Numbered from the stretch's first letter, positions 55,451-63,249 are shown. The stretch is 64,000 nt of DNA from IMGVR_UViG_3300042691_042003:124001-188000; one strand, 5' to 3'. The notes: a model not told the origin generated them from the letters alone. Numbers and translations are program-made.

Positions 55451-55925
55451 AGTACTTCTAGTGGGTAAGACCATTAGTAGAGTGGGTCTTACTCGTACTA
55501 GATGGATTACCACTTTAGTACACTACTCTCTAGTACTAGTAGTGGTGCTTAGCTAGTCTGTGCCATTAGTAGACACCACTTTAAAAGACTAGTAATGAAA
55601 GGCACTTTAGTACACTACCAGCTAGTGTTAGTAGTGAACTAGACCGGATAGGTACCATTAGTAGTGCACTAGTACTGATGTACACTACTAGTTAGATTGA
55701 TTAGACTACTAGTAGAGGATTGATCTAATTGAATTAGACCTAGTTGGTTATTTTTGATTATTGTAGAAGTGGTTATAGGGTGTGCTAGATCAGTATAGAC
55801 CAAAAAAGACCAATCTAGATGGTTTTAGACTATATAGGATGGTATAGAGTGGTTTTAGGGTCATATAAGGCCATTTTAGACTATTTTAGCCATTCTAGAT
55901 GGTTTTTAACCACTTTAGTGGGTAT
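55451..55925. repeat. Non-coding CTAG-rich region with a degenerate 92-bp tandem repeat
   Basis: CCATTAGTAG at 55471, 55563 and 55655; CACTTTAGTACACTAC at 55511 and 55603; TCTAGATGGTTTT at 55814 and 55894. Confidence 0.8.
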
Positions 55926-56257
55926 AGCTATGCATATCAGATCCCCAGGGTCAAGTAGCGTTAACGTCACGAAGGTCATCCTAGCCGGCTCGAGGCCATG
56001 CGATTCCGGAACTCGCCGATCCACGAAACCTTTGGCCTGACATTGGAGATCTCTGGTAATCTCGTTCTCTGGTATCTTCCTCTCAATACCCTCTGTTTCA
56101 CTCCGTTACTCACCGATTTCCCCTTTAGTAATACCTTATATACGAGTATCCGTTGTACCTGAGGACCCTCTCGATGTTCACCCCACGACCTTTAGTCACT
56201 CTGCCTTAATCCGTTATGAAAAATTTTTTTTCCAGATTTCTCGGATAAATCGTATAC

Positions 56258-56407
56258 ATGAGAGTAAATAAATTAAAAGCTCTCATGTTACACTCTATTC
56301 GCACCTTCTTCACCATGTTAGCTTCATTCCTCTTCTTCTATGTGGTTTTCCCTGCTCTGTTTTACCTTCTGTTTAACCGCGATCGTCGCAGCCGTGATGA
56401 TGAGTGA
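56258..56407 (+). CDS. Small single-TM protein (not in the ORF track)
   Basis: MRVNKLKALMLHSIRTFFTMLASFLFFYVVFPALFYLLFNRDRRSRDDE*. Confidence 0.45.
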   Translation: MRVNKLKALMLHSIRTFFTMLASFLFFYVVFPALFYLLFNRDRRSRDDE

Positions 56408-56495
56408 TCGAAGAACCTCTGGTAAAACCGAGCCCTCCGCGAAAGTGCGGTCGAGAAAAATCCCCCGTACTCGAAGCATTAGTGCGAATCGTAGG

Positions 56496-56524
56496 AAAAC
56501 CGGTAGGTGACGAATACATATAAT
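56496..56524 (+). promoter_or_regulatory. Candidate class II promoter AAAAC-N16-CATATAAT
   Basis: Repeated motif before ATG 56547. Confidence 0.45.
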
Positions 56525-56546
56525 ATATAGTTTATACACTTTTAGT

Positions 56547-56918
56547 ATGCAAGTTGAAAAAACAAGAAGAGTGAAGAGTAAGTCGAAAGCTTCGATTAAA
56601 GATTGGACAGTTCTCTACTGCAGAACGACTAGAGAGGTAGAGGATGCTATCAGAGACAAGAGATTTATTCATTCTCATATTATACGTGCGGTAAAGCGAA
56701 TGCTAAAGAAGAGAGTCACAACCGATATGTGCCTTGAAATCTACTGTATTGCTGATAGTACCTCATTCTGGATTTCTGTTAAGCTCGATGATTATGAAGA
56801 GGTTCTCGATCTGATTCTACGTCATTTAGAAGAGAGAGAAGAATATGAGGAATGTGCAGAAATAGTAAAGCTGATGGAAGGATGTAAAGTCCTAAAAAAA
56901 GAGCTAGAAGAAGAATGA
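56547..56918 (+). CDS. Hypothetical protein with C-terminal UVR-like motif
   Basis: LEEREEYEECAEIVKL. Confidence 0.65.
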   Translation: MQVEKTRRVKSKSKASIKDWTVLYCRTTREVEDAIRDKRFIHSHIIRAVKRMLKKRVTTDMCLEIYCIADSTSFWISVKLDDYEEVLDLILRHLEEREEYEECAEIVKLMEGCKVLKKELEEE

Positions 56919-57238
56919 AACTCGTAGAGAGGCTAAATGAATTCATGGCCGATGGATCTAAATTTCAAATGGCCTCACAGGCTAATAAAACCTGGAAATC
57001 TGTTTGGAAAATTGATATCCCTTTCGAAGGTCAAAAAAGATTTATTACTATAGAAGGAGGAATAACCGATGTAATGCCTAATTATCATCAAGCCGTAATC
57101 AACGTTCTTGTTCGTCAGATTAATGTAGAAGGAGGAGCTGAAGATGTCTCTTCTGAACAAATCACTGTTTGGGAGAAGAATTTTGTTGATAGAGACGAAG
57201 CTATCGATGAGGTTAAAAAAATGAGAAATCAATTTTGA
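56915..57238 (+). CDS. Hypothetical protein
   Basis: MKLVERLNEF leader; operonic. Confidence 0.6.
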   Translation: MKLVERLNEFMADGSKFQMASQANKTWKSVWKIDIPFEGQKRFITIEGGITDVMPNYHQAVINVLVRQINVEGGAEDVSSEQITVWEKNFVDRDEAIDEVKKMRNQF

Positions 57239-57882
57239 AACTTGTAGAATCGTTTGAAGCTTTTAAAGGAGGGACCGTTTGTCTTTCAGCCAATCTCGTT
57301 CCTCATGAAAGATTTCATCTTTGTGATTGGTGGAGAATTGGTAATTGTGATTGGTGGTGGTGGTCTCGTCGGAACACTCCTAATCTTGCTATAGATTCAA
57401 TATCAGATATAGATGAAGAGCTGAGAGGAATTGTCTCTTCTCTTTGGAGAAATCGAATACCGACTACTCCTTCTTGTTCAGGACATTCAGATTTTGGAGA
57501 TCGTCGCGATTCTATTCATTCTTCTATTATTCAAACAATGAGATCTTCTCCTCTTCGATGTTACCGAGGAGGAACTCATATAGATATAGATTCAATTGAA
57601 GATCTTGATCCTGATTGGTACGATCGAATTGTTGACTATCAACGTCGAGGTGTTCTCGGTTGGAAGAAACAAGGTTGGGAGGATTCAATAGATTGGCCTT
57701 CTCAAACAATGTCAGATCGAGGTTGCTTCTTTCTTCTTACCGAGACTTCTGAAGAGTGGAAAAGACTCGAAGAGATTATCAAGTCTAAACTAAACGAAGA
57801 GAATCCAGGTTATCCTGGTCAGGCTGCACCTCTCTCTACACAGTTACATTTACAGATAGCACCACCATCTATTGTCTTATAA
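57235..57882 (+). CDS. Hypothetical protein with TxxSCSGH motif
   Basis: TTG start; MKLVESFEAF leader; LWRNRIPTTPSCSGH. Confidence 0.55.
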   Translation: MKLVESFEAFKGGTVCLSANLVPHERFHLCDWWRIGNCDWWWWSRRNTPNLAIDSISDIDEELRGIVSSLWRNRIPTTPSCSGHSDFGDRRDSIHSSIIQTMRSSPLRCYRGGTHIDIDSIEDLDPDWYDRIVDYQRRGVLGWKKQGWEDSIDWPSQTMSDRGCFFLLTETSEEWKRLEEIIKSKLNEENPGYPGQAAPLSTQLHLQIAPPSIVL

Positions 57883-57958
57883 ATAGAGTGAAAGATAAAT
57901 ATTAAAAAAATACTATTTGTGCAATTCCGCATATAATAGTAAAATCTAATATTTATTT

Positions 57959-59554
57959 ATGAAAAAACTCTTTTTAATTCTGCTCACGGTTGCCAGTTTT
58001 CTGTCAATCTCTCCTGCTCAAGCTGTTGATTGGGCAGTTGTTTGTGTAAAGCAAGGCCCTGCTAGAGGTTATGTTGCTGGCAATCTCAGACCTGGTCATA
58101 TTGCTAAACCTCTTCGTATGCTCGATCCTTTAGCAACGACTATTCCTTCTGTTGCCGGTAATGGATATCCTGTTCCTCCTCGTTCTCTTCCACAAAGAGC
58201 TCTTGTTGCTGAACAATCCGATATTTCAGGTGATATGAATTTCTTCGCTCTCGGATTTGGTGGTCAAATCGTAATGAGATCTTCCGAATGGATTATGAAT
58301 GGTCCTGGAACCGACTTTACTGTATTTGAAACTACATGGGGTGATCCTTCTTGTCGTCCTTCAAATTCCGAACAAGCTCTTATTGAGATTTCCGAAGATG
58401 GTGTTAATTGGATGACTCCTGGTTCTTTAAGTACAGGTCTTGGAGGTGCTTATAACTCTTGTTATAATGGTTCATTCGATATCACACCTCTTATGAAGAT
58501 TCAATTTATACGTATTACTGATCGTACTAATCCTGATTGGAGAGTTCAAGGTGATGGCAATGATGGTTATGATGTAGATGGTATCGTTGTAAATTATTCT
58601 CTTCCACCTACTGCATTTTCTGCTCCACAATCACCTATATGTGATTATCAGCAAGGAGTTGCTTCTCAATATGTAGGTGCTGCAGGAAATTTCCCTGGTC
58701 GTGGAATTGTTTCGACTCGTAAGAATTTCTCTAAAGCTAATATTAATGAAGATGGATTCCCCACTGCTGCAATGACTAATCCTGGTCTTCGTGATTCCGG
58801 TCCTGCTAGTGGATCTTATAATTTCTTCTCTCTCGGTTTTGGTGGTTGGGCTTGTCTTCAACTTCCTTATACTGTGTTTAATGGTCCTGGTCCTGAATTC
58901 TATTCATTCGAAACGACTTGGAATAATCAGCCTTGTCCTAATTATCCAGAAAGAGCTAATGTTTCGGTTTCGGTTGATGGAACAAATTGGTCTTCAACTG
59001 TACTAATTTGTAAAGATGCTCTTGGTATTGTTGGAACCTCTTCAGCTATTGATTTATCTTCATTCGGACCTGAATTCTCTATGGTTAATTTTATTCGTTT
59101 TCAAGAAGCATCTAATCCTGCTGATTTTGGTGGAGGTGCTGATGGTTATGATATGGATAATATTGTTATTTCTCAGCTACCACCTCCTACTCCAAGTGCT
59201 ACACCAACTGGATTTTCTTGTGAAACGATTACCTCAAATCGTATTGCTATCGTAGAAGGTCAAAACACTTATATGGATGGTGGAATTCCTGAAGAGATGT
59301 TTCCTCTCGAAATCGTAGGAGGAAATGTAGTTACTGATAAGCTTTCTTTCTTTGCAACTATCGCTGAAGAAGGAACCTATCATTACACTGTAAGAAGCTA
59401 TCAAGGAACTTTTGTTTCTGAAGGTCTTCTTCAAGGATCTCTTTTCGAAACACCTACTACAGAAGTTGATGTTAGGAATTTTAGTAATGGAGTTTACTTC
59501 TTAACTCTCTCTTCTAATACAACTAAAGAAACCGTTAAGTTCGTAAAGAACTAA
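57959..59554 (+). CDS. Secreted protein with two repeated domains and a T9SS type-A C-terminal sorting domain
   Basis: Signal peptide; FFALGFGG/FFSLGFGG, FETTW and ADGYD/DGYDVDG repeats; C-terminus VDVRNFSNGVYFLTL...TVKFVKN. Confidence 0.8.
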   Translation: MKKLFLILLTVASFLSISPAQAVDWAVVCVKQGPARGYVAGNLRPGHIAKPLRMLDPLATTIPSVAGNGYPVPPRSLPQRALVAEQSDISGDMNFFALGFGGQIVMRSSEWIMNGPGTDFTVFETTWGDPSCRPSNSEQALIEISEDGVNWMTPGSLSTGLGGAYNSCYNGSFDITPLMKIQFIRITDRTNPDWRVQGDGNDGYDVDGIVVNYSLPPTAFSAPQSPICDYQQGVASQYVGAAGNFPGRGIVSTRKNFSKANINEDGFPTAAMTNPGLRDSGPASGSYNFFSLGFGGWACLQLPYTVFNGPGPEFYSFETTWNNQPCPNYPERANVSVSVDGTNWSSTVLICKDALGIVGTSSAIDLSSFGPEFSMVNFIRFQEASNPADFGGGADGYDMDNIVISQLPPPTPSATPTGFSCETITSNRIAIVEGQNTYMDGGIPEEMFPLEIVGGNVVTDKLSFFATIAEEGTYHYTVRSYQGTFVSEGLLQGSLFETPTTEVDVRNFSNGVYFLTLSSNTTKETVKFVKN

Positions 59555-59572
59555 TCGTTTAAGTACTTACAC

Positions 59573-59597
59573 AAAGGGCTCGAAAGAGCCCTTTTTT
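59573..59597 (+). terminator. Intrinsic terminator
   Basis: AAAGGGCTC-GAAA-GAGCCCTTT followed by TTT. Confidence 0.88.
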
Positions 59598-59654
59598 GTG
59601 CTTTACTTCATATGATAAATATCTAGAAATAAATTTAAGAAAATACTTCATATA

Positions 59655-59912
59655 ATGAAAAATCTATTTACTTACGAAGAATTTTTAAACGAAGGGTCTA
59701 CTAAGGTTGATGGAATCAATATAATTGATACCAAATACGTAGTAGCTCATAATTTCAAAAAACCCAGTGGAAAGGGCGTTTGGAAATGGTCTTTTTATTC
59801 AGACGGAGGAGATTCAGTAAAGACTCCTATTATGGATTATGAAAAGGCTAAAAAATGGGCAGCTGATTGGGCTAAGTTTAAAAAAGAACCTTGGGTTTAT
59901 TTATTACCTTAA
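59655..59912 (+). CDS. Small protein with capsid-targeting-like leader
   Basis: MKNLFTYEEFLNE; GATAAATA at 59614. Confidence 0.7.
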   Translation: MKNLFTYEEFLNEGSTKVDGINIIDTKYVVAHNFKKPSGKGVWKWSFYSDGGDSVKTPIMDYEKAKKWAADWAKFKKEPWVYLLP

Positions 59913-59927
59913 AAAAAAATTAATTTT

Positions 59928-60896
59928 ATGAAAAGAATTTTTTATCTCATTGGAGCTCTCTTCCTTTTTTCTTCTTGTCGCAGAGAAGACATGGAAATCA
60001 AAAACCCGGAAACCTCTCCATCGGTTGAAGTAAGACAATGTGCTTCTATGGATGTTCTTCAAAAACAACTACAAGAAGATCCTCAACTTCAATCTCGTAT
60101 GGATGAAATCGAAACCAATCTTGAAAAGAATCAAAATCTTATGAAGATGGGTCGATTAGTAAATGGTGTTTATGAAATTCCTGTTTGGGTTAATGTTCTT
60201 TATAGAACATCTGCTGAAAATATTTCTCAAACTCAAATTCAATCTCAGATTGATGTACTTAACGAAGATTTCGGAGGAACAAATACAGATAATGTTTTAG
60301 TCCCTTCTACTTTTTCAACATTGAAAGCCGGAAATTGTAATATCCGTTTTGTTCTACAAGGTGTTACTCGTAAATCAACTACGAAAACTTCTTGGAGGAC
60401 TGATAATTCTATGAAGATTTCTTCTAAGGGAGGAATTAATCCTACTTCGCCTACGATATATTTAAATCTATGGGTCTGCACTCTCGCTAATGGTATTCTA
60501 GGTTATGCTCAATTTCCAGGAGGATCTTCATCAACTGATGGTGTTGTTATTCTAAATACTGCCTTTGGTAGAACAGGAACTGCTACAGCTCCTTTCAATA
60601 AAGGTCGAACTGCTACTCATGAAGTTGGTCATTGGTTAAACCTTCGTCATATTTGGGGTGATGCTACTTGTGGTTCTGATTTAGTTAACGATACACCAAC
60701 TCATAATACTGCTAATTACGGTTGTCCAGCAGCTGGTCATCGTTCAACTTGTACTGGAACTCCAATTGAAATGTGGATGAATTACATGGATTACACTGAC
60801 GATGCTTGTATGTATATGTTTTCTACTGGTCAAAAATCTAGAATGTTAGCTACTTTTGCTTCAGGAGGTGGAAGAACATCGTTTGCTCAACCTTAA
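59928..60896 (+). CDS. M43 (pappalysin/ulilysin-like) zinc metalloprotease, lipoprotein
   Basis: Lipobox FSSC; IPVWVNV, LGYAQFP, DGVVI, HEVGHWLNLRHIWG, NYMDYTDD. Confidence 0.92.
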   Translation: MKRIFYLIGALFLFSSCRREDMEIKNPETSPSVEVRQCASMDVLQKQLQEDPQLQSRMDEIETNLEKNQNLMKMGRLVNGVYEIPVWVNVLYRTSAENISQTQIQSQIDVLNEDFGGTNTDNVLVPSTFSTLKAGNCNIRFVLQGVTRKSTTKTSWRTDNSMKISSKGGINPTSPTIYLNLWVCTLANGILGYAQFPGGSSSTDGVVILNTAFGRTGTATAPFNKGRTATHEVGHWLNLRHIWGDATCGSDLVNDTPTHNTANYGCPAAGHRSTCTGTPIEMWMNYMDYTDDACMYMFSTGQKSRMLATFASGGGRTSFAQP

Positions 60897-60904
60897 TTAT
60901 ATTC

Positions 60905-61102
60905 ATGAAATTTTACACATATCGAGAATTTTTAAGAGAAACAGCATATAAAGAAGGAAGTAGAAAACCTACGGCTGAAGAAAGAAAAATGTGTAAATCA
61001 CCTGAAGGATTTAATCAGATAAATCATTGTAAAGCTTTAGGACTTATTCCTAGAGCAGATGGAACTAAAAAAGTAAGTGCTAAATACGGAGGAGATGAGT
61101 AA
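60905..61102 (+). CDS. Small protein with capsid-targeting-like leader
   Basis: MKFYTYREFLRE; CKSPEGFNQINHC. Confidence 0.65.
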   Translation: MKFYTYREFLRETAYKEGSRKPTAEERKMCKSPEGFNQINHCKALGLIPRADGTKKVSAKYGGDE

Positions 61103-61823
61103 TGAAAAAGATATACAAAGACTAGAAGATTCTTTAAGAGGAAAAAAGGTCTTACTAATAACGACCTCAAATCGTTGGTCAGGACATGATGAAAAACCTA
61201 AATCGTCTAGACTTGCTGAAGATCTGGCTAGTAGAATAGGTGCTACAATAATCGATGCTTCAAAATTGAAGATTTATCCTTGCGAAGGAAATGTTTCTAC
61301 CGTTAACGGAAATAATTGCGGAACCGTAGATTCGGTTTTAAAAGATAAGACGAAGAATCCTACAGGTCATCATCGTTGCTGGGTTAATATTAATAATCCT
61401 GACGACGAACTTTGGAAAATAAGCAAAGAGATATTTGAAGCTGATTCGGTTATATTTTTCGCTTCAGTGAGATGGGGTCAAACCAATTCTATATATCAGA
61501 AACTAATTGAACGCTTGAATTGGCTAGAGAATCGCTGGGCAACTTTGAATGAGAGTAATATATTATCTAATAAGGAGGCAGGCATTGTCCTAGTTGGCCA
61601 CAATTGGAACGGAGTAGCTGTTTTAGAAACACAAAAGCAGGTTCTACAATTTTATGGATTTAAAGTTCCTACCGAGCTATCGTTTAATTGGCAATGGACT
61701 ACCGATCCTTTTGATGAATCCGAAGAAGGATATATTCAAGATCCTAAAGATTTTAAAGAAGATTTCGATCTTGGATCTAATGCATTGAAAGAATCATTCA
61801 AAAACTTCTTTAAAAGACAATGA
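61095..61823 (+). CDS. Flavodoxin-fold NAD(P)H-dependent FMN reductase / iron-sulfur flavoprotein-like protein
   Basis: TTSNR...SSRLA, CEGNVS..C..C, ADSVIF..SVRWG..S.YQKLIERL; ATG 61095 preferred over GTG 61077. Confidence 0.75.
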   Translation: MSNEKDIQRLEDSLRGKKVLLITTSNRWSGHDEKPKSSRLAEDLASRIGATIIDASKLKIYPCEGNVSTVNGNNCGTVDSVLKDKTKNPTGHHRCWVNINNPDDELWKISKEIFEADSVIFFASVRWGQTNSIYQKLIERLNWLENRWATLNESNILSNKEAGIVLVGHNWNGVAVLETQKQVLQFYGFKVPTELSFNWQWTTDPFDESEEGYIQDPKDFKEDFDLGSNALKESFKNFFKRQ

Positions 61824-62617
61824 AAAACTTAAAAACTTACGATAGCTGGTTAAACGAATCAACAGTTAATCCTATTGTTGAGGATCTACTTACTCGAGCA
61901 GAACCTACTATTCAACAGATGGTTAATAAATCTAGAGAGGCTTATGTAAAACAATACGAGCGTGAATGGACTAAATACGATGAAACGATTACTAGATTAA
62001 TCATAATCTCTAATATGGTTCGATCTTTTGAAATTTACACGAAACATAATGATAGACTCGTTAACTTTACAGTAAAAGGATCTCCAAAAGGATCTATGGT
62101 TATCTCTTCACAAATTGATAGAGATGATGTACCTCATTATTTAGATACTGAGGTAATTTATGCAGGAGGTTATAATATACAGGCTCTTCATTATCGTTAT
62201 ATTACGAAAACTAATCTAACTAAAACTGGAGCTGATACTAAAACCAAAGAGATAGGAGAAAAAATCAAGAAGCTTTCTAAACTAGAAAAGATCAATAAAG
62301 AAATCGAAGGTTATCAAGTCAGAATAAAGGATAATGAAGAGAATATTGCTAAAAATTCGGTTTTATCTGACGAAGAAATAAAGGATATTCTTCGAAAGGG
62401 AGAGTATGGTAGTACTATTGATACTACATGGGAGGATGTTGTTCGGAACAAAGGACATTACGATAGCAGAGAAGAATTTGAAACTTCTCAAAAGCAATAC
62501 ATCGCTGATAAGATAGTATTTTGGAAAAGGGTAAATATTGAATGGAAAATTGAGAATAATACAGCTCTCAAAAAGAATATTGACAAATTAAATAAGAAGT
62601 TAGAGACACTAATATGA
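61820..62617 (+). CDS. Coiled-coil protein with capsid-targeting-like leader
   Basis: MKNLKTYDSWLNES; GGYNIQALHYRY. Confidence 0.7.
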   Translation: MKNLKTYDSWLNESTVNPIVEDLLTRAEPTIQQMVNKSREAYVKQYEREWTKYDETITRLIIISNMVRSFEIYTKHNDRLVNFTVKGSPKGSMVISSQIDRDDVPHYLDTEVIYAGGYNIQALHYRYITKTNLTKTGADTKTKEIGEKIKKLSKLEKINKEIEGYQVRIKDNEENIAKNSVLSDEEIKDILRKGEYGSTIDTTWEDVVRNKGHYDSREEFETSQKQYIADKIVFWKRVNIEWKIENNTALKKNIDKLNKKLETLI

Positions 62618-63210
62618 AAAATTTAAAAACCTACGATAGCTGGTTGAATGAATCTTCAGGAGATTTACTTAAACCGAGAAGAGGAAAACCTTTACATTTC
62701 GATCATCGTAGATATCCAGAGCTAGCAGGTGAGCTATTCAATCTTATTACTATTGCATATTCGGAAATAGGAGGTCATGCTAAAATAAAATCTCCAGAAG
62801 ATATATTCTCTGATCCTGATTGGAATTTCTGGGAAGGTACTGATATTCACGGATCTCAAGATTTTGATATTGTCATATTTGGACAGAAGACTAAATTTGG
62901 TGTTAAATTTTCCGGGGTAGGACATGATGGAGCAAAAGATTCTAAGAAAGAGTATCTAGACGATCTAGGATCAGATCTTAAGAATTTAGGTTATTACATC
63001 GAATCTTCTGGAAAATTTGCTGAGATTCTTATGAATAAGTACGGATGTCCTGTTATAGAAGACGAAGAAACTGTTGTTAAAGTTCTTGGTAAACAAGTTC
63101 AATGGATAGGTAAATCTTCAAATCCAGAACATACAGGTAATGGATGGTACATACGTAATATTGGAGGACATCCTCATGAAAAGATTTTAATAGGTCGACC
63201 AAAAAGTTAA
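62614..63210 (+). CDS. Hypothetical protein with an identical leader
   Basis: MKNLKTYDSWLNES; Y..IGGH, GVGHDG. Confidence 0.7.
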   Translation: MKNLKTYDSWLNESSGDLLKPRRGKPLHFDHRRYPELAGELFNLITIAYSEIGGHAKIKSPEDIFSDPDWNFWEGTDIHGSQDFDIVIFGQKTKFGVKFSGVGHDGAKDSKKEYLDDLGSDLKNLGYYIESSGKFAEILMNKYGCPVIEDEETVVKVLGKQVQWIGKSSNPEHTGNGWYIRNIGGHPHEKILIGRPKS

Positions 63211-63249
63211 AATAAATTTTTTTCTTTACGATATTTGTTTTATATTAGC
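63202..63249 (+). promoter_or_regulatory. Class I promoter variant
   Basis: AAAAGTTAAAATAAATTTTTTTCTTTACGATATTTGTTTTATATTAGC; two differences from 53888-53935. Confidence 0.75.

Noticed and set aside
55451-55925. CRISPR array
   Set aside because: The repeats are short and degenerate, with no constant 25-45 nt repeat separated by unique spacers.
55819-56040. 73-aa ORF across the repeat/GC-rich boundary, and the minus-strand ORF 56324-56539
   Set aside because: They span compositionally discordant non-coding segments and look like by-products of the repeats.
57235-57882. TYW3-like methyltransferase
   Set aside because: The only support is the short TPSCSGH resemblance, which is not enough without a profile search.
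118-62925. Short antisense and off-frame ORFs in the supplied track (for example 118-327, 1400-1624, 2166-2498, 8729-9034, 23814-24068, 43691-44053, 54762-54995, 58791-59255)
   Set aside because: They overlap well-supported genes, have shadow-like composition and carry no motifs.
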